From: Raillietiella orientalis | Taxonomy: Eukaryota | DNA: 64,000 bases | Direction: 5' to 3' | Assembly: GCA_036172245.1 (NCBI GenBank) | Contig: JAYWIR010000048.1 | Span: 558,001-622,000 of the forward strand | Shown here: positions 1-12,479 of the stretch, piece after piece | How positions within the stretch are numbered: the stretch's first letter is position 1 | Layout: every line of letters starts with the position of its first letter | Position numbers and translations under genes: made by a program | Notes under the pieces: model-generated | The model's input: only the letters and a program-made list of their open reading frames with translations | What the model was told of the DNA's origin: nothing | Databases searched by the model: none

Positions 1-2630
1 GGGTGCCCCAACCTGGCAGCACAGCGCAGCGTACACCGCAAGGAAGCGTACAGTGGATCCACAGCGCCATCCGCAACGAAACATTCATGCAGCATCTCGT
101 CGCAGATGTCGGACTCGTTTCTGGTCTTGGGAGATCGGACTTGGGATTTCAGGAAAGCCACAAATGTCCATCTGTACAGAATTCGCTCGAATTTTCATCC
201 ATGCAATTTGAAAAAAGCAAAGACTTTAAATTCTTCCTTGGGTTGCATTCGAAAATCACCTTCCGCCCTGGTGCTCATTCCCCTTAGCAGAAAGAGGTGC
301 GGCCCGGAATGTAAGGGAGGCCCGAATCAGAACCCTCTCTGCAAGTGGGAAGGACGTTCTTCGACAAAAGATTGGCTGGGGCACGCCTATAACTGACAGC
401 TTGATTATTTTTCATTGCTTTGTGATCAATTGAGCAAACTGAAATTATTCGAGAGAGAATTCACATAATGCTTCCTGAGATTATTAATGGTGATGCTATT
501 CTTTCCCATAATCAATCTTACAGCGAATGAGGGATAACTCGACATGTATTATGTAATACAAAAATCGTCTGGCTTTCCGGAGAGTTCTCATTTTTTTTTT
601 TTTTTTGGACACAGTTTCAAGCGTAAAAAATCCGGCAGTTGCAGAACATAATTTCACGATGCACACTCTCTTAAGGACTCTCAAAAGCACTAAGAATGAA
701 ATCCCATTCTTCGATTCCCTCAAAAAAGGAAAAAAAAAAAACAGAAAAACAAAATGAAAGGCACGATCCCAGACTGCTACACTGAGGAGGAGTCTGCAAG
801 ACATCTCCCCGCAACCTTCATGCGGGTAAGCAAACAGTCTGCGAACTGCGAGGAATCGCAGACTTTTCGTTTTTTTCTTTTTCTTTTTTTTTTCCAAGGC
901 ACCTCGAGCCTATGCAAATCCTGACGTCCACAAAACTTGCAATCAAAAGATCTAATATGTGTACCTGAGAGTACTGGGAAAAAGCTCAAATAGATGCGAA
1001 ATCCAAGCCAGCGTGCTTTGGAGCTGCCCGTTGCCGAGGGGGGGAGGGGCAGAATCCTTCTGCAATGCTCGCACACCTCGGCAGAGGGCCTGCCCCAGAC
1101 ATCGGAAACGAAAATGCAGACTCTTCCCTCCTTCCACGCCCCGCGTAAAAGACCACGGATCGGCATTCTGGACCACATCCTCACGCGGGGGCATGCCAGA
1201 GGAATGCTGTTCGTCTCGTCCGGACTGCGGGAGCTCTCGGGAATGAGCAAGAAAGTACGAAACGTACTTTGGATTGTGATTTTTCTTCGAATTCGACGTT
1301 TTCTTCGTCTCATTTCCGAATCAGCCATAAACCATGCTCTTTGCTTCTTCCCTTCGGGAATTTCCAAATGCTCTTGGACCGTTCAAGATTGCAAGAGGTT
1401 TGCTCTCCGTAAAGCAGCAACGCAAAGCACTTGGATTTCTCTTGCAGAAACGAAATGGTGAAAGATGCTCGGCGCGGCGAGATCGACCATGGAGGAGAGC
1501 ATAGCATTAGAAAAATCCAGAGGGCACTCCGATCATTTCTGCTCGGATGCTACTGATCTTCTAATTCTGTTAAACTCCCAACCGAGTCCACAGCACATTT
1601 TGATGTGTACATCTTGCTCATCCGCGACTTCCCTTAGATGGACAGAGAATAGCCACGTGCGCTGCTATAAGTGGCAGACGTACACACAGAGTGTGGCGAA
1701 GCGAAGAAGTCACATGTTGGGGTCACATCACAGTGCAAAGAATTATGATGAATGCAAAAGTGGTCCAGAAGGGGAAGAAAATTTTCCTGCTCCTTTCCGA
1801 AGTCACGAATAGGAACGTCGTGTTCAAACCGCAGGGAAATGCGTACTGTGACTCATTTCAATTCGGATGGCGTACCACTGCGTGCTTACGGTTCCTCCTG
1901 CTTTCTCAACGTCCCTTCGAGACTGCAAGAAACCTGGGGGAAAAAAATCTCAACGAATCTTCTGCTTCTTCGATTTGCACCTCGAAGTTCCCGAAGGGCG
2001 CCCTTGCAAACCGCATGGCGCCCTCGGGATTGCCGGCCCGCTGCCCCAAATGAACGCGAGTTAGAAACGGGAACGAACCAGGTCGGGCAACGGCTGGACT
2101 CCAGGATGCAGCAAAAGAGCGCCCTAAAGTGTTGATGGAAGGAGGCGCTTCCATCTTCGGCGCAGTGGTCCCACTGCGGTTTTTTTGCGTCCAGCGTTCA
2201 ACGACAGTAAATATGGTTTTGGAACTTCAAGGCGAAACACGATAACGGGGAATCTGTGTTCCAGGAAACCAAGCGGTTTTTCCCGGAGAACTCGGAAAGT
2301 CACCTGAAAATCATGAAAAATTCTCGTACGCGATGGTCGCACTCTCGATTTTCTTCTCGCAGCATTTCGCCGGAGTTGCACAAGAGCATCTGTTTATCTC
2401 TTCCCGATTTCACCCATTCTGGGTCAATAAAGGCATTTTAGAAATTATTGGAATGTTTTCGTCCTATCCAATTCCTCCTTTTCATTCTATCCGTTTCAAA
2501 GAGAAAACGACCGAACGTTTAAATGAAAGTAAAATTTCATTACGGTGCACTCGTTGTGATGAATAAATGAATCTGCATTTCAAGAACCTAACAACAGTTC
2601 GATTATATGCTTACCATTTCTATTGTATAG

Positions 2631-2739
2631 AACTGGACCTTGCAAATCCGATCGATATCAAAAGAAGATGAAGGCTTCTACGAGTGTCACATTTCTTCTC
2701 ACCCACCAGAGCGCCAGTATGTCCACCTAAAAGTTATTG
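2631..2739 (+). CDS. Dpr/ZIG-8-like two-Ig-domain protein, internal exon (C-terminal half of Ig domain 1)
   Basis: Acceptor ...tattgtatag|AAC. Translates NWTLQIRSISKEDEGFYECHISSHPPERQYVHLKVI-G, with the Ig motif D-x-G-x-Y-x-C. Phase-1 donor G|gtatgg. Upstream exons not identified in the window. Confidence 0.9.
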
Positions 2740-2775
2740 GTATGGGCTATTTTAAAAATTTTACTGCTGCAAATG

Positions 2776-3757
2776 ATTCTTCAACAGCGCATGAACGGAG
2801 CCCTCATTCTGTGCCACAGCTCCGCGCTTTCGCACCTCCACCCTTATAGATCGAATACGTGAGTGCCTCGGGCGCAAACTGACGCACGATTCCACAATCC
2901 CGGATTTCCCGCTCTTCTTTCTTCACCCCAAAGCACAGGCAAACGTTCCTCGGATGGCATCTGCCAGAGCGCTCCGCTTTCAGCATACGCTTACATCCGC
3001 CTGACGCAAAGACGTGGCCCCCGCACCGAAAGCAGCTCTTGAGCATCGCGCGAGGCCGCACCCCGACATCCTCATTCCCGAGGGACACCCGCATCAGAGC
3101 GGCGGTCCGTCGACCCACCGGCATTCATCCAGGGTCCAAGAAGAGGCAAAGATGGTCGCGGACGCGCAACGTCTGCTGGACGATCGACAGGAGATGAAAG
3201 TTTTCTTCTCCCCGTGCTGGTGCACCGCACTCCACCCCCTGGAGCGTGTTCTCCTTTCGAGTGGAGCAGACGGTTCCCCAGGAAGCACCCCGGTGGTCCC
3301 CGTTTGCGGAACCGCGCCGGGTCGCCTGGCAGGATCGCGATTTTCGCCAATCCGCAGAGGTGCTGCCGCACCCGTGCGTGGGTCGCATCTCCCCTCCGGA
3401 CCTCCGAGGCGATCCTCACGACACGTAGGCAGGCTACTGAAACAACCAGCCGCCAAGCGTCTCCGAGGTCTTCCAAGCGCTCGTCTCTCGAGGATCGAGA
3501 ATTTTCCCGGACACCGGTGAATGCTCTCATCCTGGTAGCCAGAGAACTGAAGAATGCTCCTGTTTCTCCGCTTGCTGCAGCAGTGCATGTGGCAGACACG
3601 CTGAAGGCGAATGCTGAGCTCTTGTGCCACCGATGGCCTCCAGCCGACGTGAGCGGATCACGCGAGGAGTGTCTTGCTCAGGAAGTGGCCGATGATGGAT
3701 ACGCGTATCAGCTGAAGGAGTCTGAGGCTGGTGGCAGCAGCTCCCGTGCGTGGGTTC
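2776..3757 (+). repeat. Long inverted repeat, arm 1 (982 bp, inside the Dpr-like intron)
   Basis: Reverse complement of 7525-8506. The ORF-track translations are mirrored, with one visible substitution (ADDGYAY vs ADDGCAY). Confidence 0.97.
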
Positions 3758-3982
3758 GAATGCGGGAAACTCGCGCGTCACGTTTCCAGTGAGTGTGGCA
3801 TTCCCTACGCGGCGTAGGGATGCGATGGGGGGCCGGCGATTCCATATACGTGTGTGATGTGACAAGCAGGAGCCTCGCGCCTACTGTGAAAGTTTCTCGC
3901 GCACCTCGCTGCCGATCCAACTCCCACTTTGCCCAAATTTTTTTGATGGAGCCAATCAAACGTTTCTTCCTTCTCATTCCAG

Positions 3983-4267
3983 AGGCGCTCTCGGAGATTC
4001 TGGGAAGTTCCGAAAAATTCATCCGTGCAGAAAGTCTTCTCCAATTAACGTGTGTTTTCCACGACAACCTAAGGTTTCCGGAATTCGTGTTCTGGTATCA
4101 CAATGGAAAAATGATTAATTACGACGCAAATACGGAAGTTCGGGTCAAGAACTATTTTGACAAAAGCGTCATTAATATCATGTCCATAACAACGCAGAAG
4201 TCTGGAAATTACACTTGCGTGCCTTCCAACACACGACCAAGTAGCGTGTACGTGCACGTGCTCAACG
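3983..4267 (+). CDS. Dpr/ZIG-8-like protein, exon encoding Ig domain 2
   Basis: Acceptor ttctcattccag|AG completes phase 1. Translates (E)ALSEILGSSEKFIRAESLLQLTCVF...FVFWYHNGKMINYD...KSGNYTCVPSNTRPSSVYVHVLN-G, typical of Dpr Ig2 (FWYHNGxMINYD, SGNYTCxPSN). Donor G|gtgagt. Confidence 0.93.
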
Positions 4268-6046
4268 GTGAGTACTTTTCATCCTCCCGTCGAACCTTTC
4301 GCATGCGTTCCCCATTTCTGTGCTCCACGACTCCAGAAAATTCCCCATAACTTGTAGTCCATCGCGGTGCGTTCTCGTCCGGGATACCGCCTTGATTGAA
4401 CCTAAAAGTAATGCGCCATGCGAATTTTCGTTTCCGATTAAGCGGAGGATTTACGGCCCTACTAAAGACATTCACCTGCTTCTCAATATCTTTTGCATCT
4501 GATGATTTTTTTTTCTCCCCGGTTCTTTGGGTCCTATAAGCGGATGATTTACGGTCATCCTGAACATCTACTCTGCCTTGCCTTCAAACGAGTGCCTCAT
4601 TCAGAGAATTCTGCATCCGTTTTCGTTGGCGGCAGGGACCACCACTTCAGCTGTGCTTTTGCTTGGCGCTTCTCAGGAAGTCAGTGCTGCCAATGCCTCA
4701 TTGTCACTTTTCCTCTGCCGGAAATCAAAGGGATGAAGACGTCACTCTGCATCTCGAGCCGCAGACTGTGTCCGCGCAGAAATACGCAGTCTGACTGGAG
4801 GAATGGAAACATTGGTGATTCGAGGTCACGGGGTTCACAGGTGCCCATGAGTTCAGTCGCGGTAATTTTTTCAGTTAGTGATAGATGAGGATGGCTATGC
4901 AGGACGAAGGAGGAAAAAATTCCATGGGATTCCATATTGCACTGGGACAATGGAGGTGGAAAAAGACAAAGTCCGTTTCTTGGCTTTCTATAGTAGATTT
5001 GTTTTCCTTGCTTCATAGTAGTGCAGTCTCTCCCTGAGGCAATCTCTTTTCGACTCCATAAGTCGCTTTGAGTTCCTCGCGATCACACTGGGAGCAAATG
5101 CAAGAATCTGGGACTCACTGCTAGGAAGCTCGAATTCCGGGCACATTTCGTTTGGCTGGGCTTTCGGGTGACACTTCAAGTGTTTTGGAAGCACCAGGAA
5201 CGCAAGAACCGCTCCCCTCACAAAGTGACGTCGTTTCCTTGCTCGCAAATGTGCGCCTTCAAGTTCCTCGGCAACGAAACACGTCCACGGGAACCGATGC
5301 CAAGGAAGTTGCACAAATGCATGCACGTATGCTGGACACCCCCTGGAATCCATCATTCTCATCAGAATGTATCTTTACTCTCCTTGAACACGTCCACTTT
5401 TTCGAAGGAAAGGCTTGGAGGAGACGGGTGGATGTTCACACATCAGGGTGAGGTGTTGGTGAAAGCGGACGAAGTGTGGGAAACGATCGTACAGTGGCCG
5501 CTTTGACGTGAAGCTAAGGAAAGTGTTCCGCCAGGAAGAGCTGAATTTCAATCGAGGGTGTTGCGTGTCTTTCACTACAAGGCGAGCAGCATGGCGAAAT
5601 CCGTCTCTTTTCTCGACACGTTCTTCCCAAACACCGCAACACGGAAGTGACGGTAAATGCAAAATGGCTGGCGGCGACTGCATGAGATGCACGTAGTGAG
5701 GCATTTGTTTTCCAAGGGTGATCTTCCTGGACGCAGGTTGAAGCCGTTCCGCAGCCTTTCAAGGAATTAAGTCGAATTTTCGAGTGAGGAACTCATTGAA
5801 AGAGCTCCTCGTATAGAACTCGCAACTCTTCCCGGATGGAATCACTTTGTTTCTTGGGATTTGAAACACCAATCAAAAGTCCATTTTGAATTACCTCATT
5901 CAAAAGCTCCATTAGGAAGATCTGCGTTTCGCTTTGTCTTCAAGTGTTTCTCCCTTTTACGTTCCGTAGAAGGGATGCGCGTAAAGTTCCGCGAAATAAA
6001 CATTTAGCTTTTAATAAAATACTAACTTTGCTTGTTTGATTTTCAG

Positions 6047-6165
6047 AAGAGAAATTGGCTGTTAGATATAACAGCTCTCCAACAGAAGACTCACCATGTG
6101 GAAGACTCATTTGGAAAGTCATCTTACTGCTTCTCGACTTCTACCATATTAGCAAACGACCATAA
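6047..6165 (+). CDS. Dpr/ZIG-8-like protein, probable last coding exon (linker plus hydrophobic, GPI-signal-like tail)
   Basis: Branch-like actaac at 6021, pyrimidine tract, then tttcag|AA. In phase with the previous exon: (E)EKLAVRYNSSPTEDSPCGRLIWKVILLLLDFYHISKRP*, resembling Dpr C-termini. Confidence 0.7.
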
Positions 6166-6328
6166 ATTCCGGCGTTCTTCCAGACGTTCAGCTGAAAGTC
6201 TCGACAGATTCAAAGTACTCCAACCCACGACGAAGTGCCTTTGAAATCCATGATCTACTTTGCATCTCCGCTCCCTCTCTTTGTAGATGTGCTCGGACTT
6301 CTTTCAATAGATTTGTTCCGGAGCATTC

Positions 6329-6334
6329 AATAAA
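6329..6334 (+). promoter_or_regulatory. Candidate polyadenylation signal of the Dpr-like gene
   Basis: AATAAA about 165 nt after the predicted stop codon. Motif only. Confidence 0.3.
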
Positions 6335-6953
6335 AGTCACCTCATGGAAATCATTAAAAGAAACTGTTCTGCAAAAGTTGCACCAAAGTTGCACGTTCCT
6401 GCACTTTAGGAAAGAAAAAAGTTGAGATGCAGTTTCTCTTGCTCCTCCACGTTTGCACTTCCAGAACCATCAGATGTCTCATTACACTTTCAGGCAAGCG
6501 GACACCTCCAGAAAAGTCATTCCTAAGAAAAAGCCTGCTGACAGCTCCGGAAATTGTTTACCTAATCAGGTTTGGTCCATCCACCTGTTAGCTGAAACAC
6601 GTGGTTGTGATGCAATTTAAAAATAAGGTATTTTTGCTTGGAGATGGTCCCGCTGGAAGCAGAATGATCTCGCTTGAAATGAAACGCGACGAGATACAGC
6701 TGCACCGGTCGGTACTTTCCATAGCAAACACGCATACATTCAAGCTTTATTGCCACCCATTTCGGTGATGATGACCTTGAGGGAAACCTCAGTTCCCGAA
6801 CCTTTCCATGCTCTGCGATCCCGCTGCGTTTTGTGCAGAAGTATCCTTTGCTGATATCAGCTCAAATTCATGGACGGAAGAACGAATTCGAAGTATTAGC
6901 CGGCAAACCCTTTCGAGTGTTCACCCTTGAGGAACACTTTGTATCCTTTAGAA

Positions 6954-6989
6954 ATCGCTTCTCGGTCTTCTGGCTAAGATCAAAGTGTA
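6954..6989 (+). pseudogene. U2: 3'-truncated U2 snRNA retro-fragment flanked by a 15-bp target-site duplication
   Basis: ATCGCTTCTCGGTCTTCTGGCTAAGATCAAAGTGTA matches the U2 5' end, with the arthropod-type CAAAGTGTA. Flanks are tgtatcctttagaaa (6940-6954) and tgtatcttttagaaa (6986-7000). Confidence 0.88.
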
Positions 6990-7524
6990 TCTTTTAGAAA
7001 CAAAGTTTCTGAGCAGGATCCCTGCGCTCCTGCATTCTCATAGCTCGGACCGCAGTTTCTTGGCATCAGAACATCATTACTTGCCGAAATCTCAGGATAC
7101 GGTCATCCGTAAGAATGGAAGAAAGTCCAAGGTTGGAAACGAAAGCCGGAAGCTGTAGACCTCACAGTAAAACTTTGAAACTCAGAATCAACACAATAGC
7201 CAAGAGCCAATTTGTCCAAGATTCCATCCATTTAAGAATACAGCGGCTTCCTCGAAGTACCCCATGAAGAGATGCAAAGGACGCAAACTTACAATGTGGA
7301 CAACTGTAGAGTTATTTGATCTGTCACATTCCACACGGAGTTCTTCGTAGGCACTACCAAGAGGCATTCGCAAGGCACTTGATGGATGCTCGGAACAACA
7401 CCCCAAGACTTTAAGCAACGCAGAAAAGCACATCTGTTCTCTCTTTCCTGCTCTTTTTCCAGAGAGGTGCGTGGTGAATGAAGAGCGGCAACAGCGAACG
7501 TCAGACGCGAAAGACAGAAAGGCA

Positions 7525-8506
7525 GAACCCACGCACGGGAGCTGCTGCCACCAGCCTCAGACTCCTTCAGCTGATACGCGCATCCATCATCGGCCACTTC
7601 CTGAGCAAGACACTCCTCGCGTGATCCGCTCACGTCGGCTGGAGGCCATCGGTGGCACAAGAGCTCAGCATTCGCCTTCAGCGTGTCTGCCACATGCACT
7701 GCTGCAGCAAGCGGAGAAACAGGAGCATTCTTCAGTTCTCTGGCTACCAGGATGAGAGCATTCACCGGTGTCCGGGAAAATTCTCGATCCTCGAGAGACG
7801 AGCGCTTGGAAGACCTCGGAGACGCTTGGCGGCTGGTTGTTTCAGTAGCCTGCCTACGTGTCGTGAGGATCGCCTCGGAGGTCCGGAGGGGAGATGCGAC
7901 CCACGCACGGGTGCGGCAGCACCTCTGCGGATTGGCGAAAATCGCGATCCTGCCAGGCGACCCGGCGCGGTTCCGCAAACGGGGACCACCGGGGTGCTTC
8001 CTGGGGAACCGTCTGCTCCACTCGAAAGGAGAACACGCTCCAGGGGGTGGAGTGCGGTGCACCAGCACGGGGAGAAGAAAACTTTCATCTCCTGTCGATC
8101 GTCCAGCAGACGTTGCGCGTCCGCGACCATCTTTGCCTCTTCTTGGACCCTGGATGAATGCCGGTGGGTCGACGGACCGCCGCTCTGATGCGGGTGTCCC
8201 TCGGGAATGAGGATGTCGGGGTGCGGCCTCGCGCGATGCTCAAGAGCTGCTTTCGGTGCGGGGGCCACGTCTTTGCGTCAGGCGGATGTAAGCGTATGCT
8301 GAAAGCGGAGCGCTCTGGCAGATGCCATCCGAGGAACGTTTGCCTGTGCTTTGGGGTGAAGAAAGAAGAGCGGGAAATCCGGGATTGTGGAATCGTGCGT
8401 CAGTTTGCGCCCGAGGCACTCACGTATTCGATCTATAAGGGTGGAGGTGCGAAAGCGCGGAGCTGTGGCACAGAATGAGGGCTCCGTTCATGCGCTGTTG
8501 AAGAAT
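7525..8506 (-). repeat. Long inverted repeat, arm 2 (982 bp, downstream of the Dpr-like gene)
   Basis: Reverse complement of 2776-3757. Identity ends sharply at both junctions. Confidence 0.97.
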
Positions 8507-8509
8507 TGC

Positions 8510-9800
8510 GACTCACTCGAGTGGTGAAAAGTAACTCGAATTCATCTGGATTGCAAGAAAATCATTTTTTCTGGAAGGAGCTGCAGGTTCCCTGAGCCAC
8601 TTGCTGTTTAACTTTCGACGCGTCCACATGGAGGCGTTGAGCTTCGAAGCGCACCTTTGGAAGTCGTAACGACATGCCGGGCAGATGAGATGGGACACGC
8701 ACTGCAGTGTGCCCGCGGTGCGCGGGAACTCAGGAAGTGCGCTGAGGAAGAAGGACAAGTTTTCGGACCATCTTGTCGCCAGTTTCGGAACCCTCAGGTT
8801 GCGCTCGTTCGCGCTCGACTAAGCATGTGTGGAGGGAGTGCTCATCCGCTGAAGTCTAGGGAATCCTTGGGGCATCAGAAAAGCCTGAGATCGATGATAA
8901 TGGGATGTGTTGTGCTCTCGGCAGATACTTGGCATCGGTCATCTGTCTACGGTTATGAGGATCCGCATTTATGTCGTCTGATTCAGAATTTCTGGGTATG
9001 GGAGATGTGAGTGCAAAATCACCTCATGGGATAGTGCGCGAGAGGTCACTCATCATCGAAGTCACGAGGGAATATCGTTGGAGGGAAGTCCCGGGGAACG
9101 GAGTAGGTTTGCTGTAGTGCGCATGGTAAGGAAGCAGGAAGGTGTTGCGCAAGGTTCTCTTTTCGGGAGCCTCCCTTGGAATGCGATCTCCGTGCAGTCC
9201 GATTTGTCTGAACTGGATTTTGGAAGCTGCTTGGCAAAATGATGGCAATCCGTTCCAGTTTGGAGCCCGTTTTTCCTCCAAGGAGAATCGTGCGCTCCAG
9301 GAGAAACTCACCTGACGGTTGACTTTTACCACTGGTGTTCAGACGTACAGCTGTTTTGTGATTTTCTCTCCTTCCGAAGTGCCCGGAATGAAACGAGGCA
9401 CCTTAGCGACTCGAGGCTCCTGAGTAAAGTTCAGAATACTTTTCCCGCTTTCATCCACGAATTCACGTCCCAAGTTAGGTAAGGAGGAGGGAGAAAGAGA
9501 GGCAAGAGCATCCCCCTTAAGCAGGAAGTTCTTGCAATCCAGCCGAATCTGCCAGTTCAAAGGAGCAAGCGCAGAGAATTCTGAAGGAGCTGCAAGACGA
9601 GAATCTCATCTGATTTCTCGTTCAAGGATGGTCTAAGCAAAAACCTGATTAGTGCGCTCTCAAATGAGCAAAGACGTGACGAAGATAGTCATCTGGTGAA
9701 TGCCATCCACTCTATCACAGGCGCAGGGATAATGATGCGCGGAAGCAATAAATGCTGGTGCTGAAGAATTCGTTTCATCGGCGGTGAATCAAGGAGCGAA
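8510..9800 (-). mobile_element. Decayed non-LTR retrotransposon ORF2 fragments (endonuclease-RT linker and RT N-terminus)
   Basis: Minus-strand reads include SKLNASM (like WKLNxSLL) and RAPNWNGLPS (like KAPGPDGLP). Many stops and frameshifts. Confidence 0.5.
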
Positions 9801-12479
9801 AGTTTTACGCTTCTGCCTGGAAGCTCTACTTGAGGTGGCGAAAGAGGTTGGTGGACGAGAAGGAAGGAAGTTCCCTCAGGCGTGCCCTCAAGAGCACCGC
9901 AGTCACCTCAGGCGGAAGCAACCACCGGGATAAAAGCACCAGTGGAGTCGGAAAGATCACGAGGGCGAGAAGTCGACCGCTACATTTCAGTTCTTCCCTC
10001 CAGGGGAAGCCCTCGGAACAAAAGTCTCTCGATTGAAAATAATTCCTCTAAATAATTCAATTGTCCCTTTTCCTTTCCTGATGGAGTTCCCATTATCTGA
10101 TAAGCATCCGCCCACTAAATTTGAAGACCACTTTTCCTTTGGGGATCATTAAAATAATAATTTGCAAATGGAACGGGAATGAGTGTGTGGACAATGCATA
10201 AAGGCAAAAGAAAGAAAAAAAAAAAAAAAAAAAAAAAAGGACGGCATTTTTTCTTCAAGCAACTGGGAGAAGGGAAAGCGATATTAAAGCATTTTCATCT
10301 CAATCAAGGAAGCTGCAGCATTGTATCATTGCAGCACCGTATCAAGTAAGAATGTTTATCAGTACCCCAGTGGAAATTTATTGACAGACATAACATTTGC
10401 GGGAAGACCTATTATTTACAGAGTCCGCAGAAATTACCAAGTAGAATTGCCAATTTACTTTCACAACACGCGTTCCCAAGGCTTGCAAGCCGCTATGGGG
10501 CACAAGGAAATCAGCACGCACCGACTATGTGGGTACATTGAAACTTCCCAGATGCTCGAATGTAAAGGAATTGGCTAACATATGCACACACGGACAGGTA
10601 ACTATGTGTTACTTTGTCTTCAATTTAGCTGATCTGCTTTGCTTAGTGTCCCTCATTGAGACCAAGTGCGTGTAAGTAATACGCAGACAGTTTTAGGTGT
10701 TACATATTAGGTGTTTACATACAATGACGAACCTTATTGCCTTCGAACACTCAGAATTGCTGTGCACCTCGAATCATCGCCCATAAATTGCATCTCACTC
10801 ACGACCAGTGCCCTCAGACTTTAAAACACTGAACTTTCTCTATTAGCAGCCACAGAGTGTCCACAAATAGACCATTTTTAAGACATCATTTTATAGACAG
10901 CATCTCGTATTTTGCACAAAGTCCGTGCATTTTCCTTGACTGGGATAAATTAGCGCTCATACTGAGAACACCGAGACAATAGAAAAAAACATCTATTAAT
11001 GATAAGAGATGTGCAAACCACAGTTAAATTAAAATTACAGAATTTGAACAGTGGTAAATGATTTCGTGGCAACGGCGACTTCAGCTCGCATCTTAGAAGC
11101 AGCTGATGGCTGGGAAACAGATTTTAGGAGCTTTCATCGTCTTCTTGGGCATTTATTGAGCCTGGAAGGTTTATAATTTCAGAGTGCCTCAAAACTTTGT
11201 GTCGTAAGAATCACCAAGACCTTAAGGAGAGCTCAATGTCAAACAGAAACCGAGGTCTCAAACACTCATGGAGCAATTTAAGGTCGCCTTTCTCATGGAA
11301 AATATAAACAATCTCGTTTCTTAAAATAATAAAACTCACGTCAGTTAATGGGAGTCCAAGGGGGAGGTCCAAGGTGCCAATGTGCACGGAAAAGTGATTC
11401 GTGGTCGTGAAGAGCACGAATTCGGAACACATCTTGATGCTTACACAAACACGTGAAACAACAGGCAAGAGTTCCTACAAGTCCGTCGGTGTTGACAAAA
11501 CTGATAACCTTAACATCGGCACTTTTTGGGATTTGTTTTTGTAATGATCGAGAGCACAAGCAGCCATGAACTGAGTAGGTTCCCACGTCGAACACTTCCT
11601 GCATGTTCAACCCGCTCTGTTTGTCCTTGGTGTCACTCTCCAGGGCAGGAGCTCAGGAGGGCCATTGGGCCACCAGATGGTTGCCTCCGGTGTACAGGAA
11701 GCGGGTGGGCGTTCGATCGATCGATCCGCCTCGGGACATAGGTGCCACCACAAGCTCTGAATGCTTCCCGATGAAGGAGCACCAGGTTTCCCTAAACACG
11801 AGCGTGCCATCCCAGAGGTGAACGAACGTGCGTTCTGGGTTTATCAAGACTGATCCGCCCTCTCCCCCTTGTACATACTCTACACTGAGTACTAGCCTCG
11901 AAAATCCATTCGAATTCTCGCGGCATCAAGGAATGGAAAACCTCTCACTCTCGATTCTTTTAAGGACTTGTGGGAGACACAGTTTTGGCGGAGGTCAGAT
12001 AGCATTGCACTCCAGTGCTCGAGATCAGTGTGGTGTGGTAGGAGCAACCGGCCCGGCTTCGTCGTCTCTATGCTACCAGACGCTTGATCGGTTCTTGGAT
12101 TCTTACCTTGGCGAATGCGGAACAGAAAATATTCATGGAAACTTTTTCCTCTTCTGCATCCTATGTACTCACGGCTACCTCGGTTTCTTGCTGCTAGCTA
12201 TTTGCCTAACGGCGAAATTTTAAGCACTCTTTTAAGTTCCCTCTTTCCTCCTCGCAGTGACTTGTAAACCACTTGTTTCACATATTGGATTTCCATTCTG
12301 GGACAGCCTTTCAGTTTCTCTGCTGCTGCTACTGGGGATGAATGATAACCACATTTTTAAAAATGGCGGACCTTCCCCTCCACTTGAGTTCCGACAGAAA
12401 AAGGATATCTCGATGGAGCTCTTTGGCTGCATGTCCCAAAGCTGACCGTCGCGCCACTCTGCACAGATTGCAGCGTAAG

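Noticed and set aside
6954..7150. Functional U2 snRNA gene
   Set aside because: Similarity stops after 36 nt, with no Sm site or 3' stem-loops.
2776..8506. The long inverted repeats as termini of a Mutator/Foldback/Polinton element that captured exons
   Set aside because: There is no target-site duplication outside the arms and no transposase. The enclosed exons are collinear and in phase with an exon outside the repeat.
10450..10545. HNTR...LQAAMGHKEISTH as tyrosine-recombinase HxxR and LGH boxes
   Set aside because: The spacing between the motifs is far too short and there is no supporting upstream homology. Probably chance.
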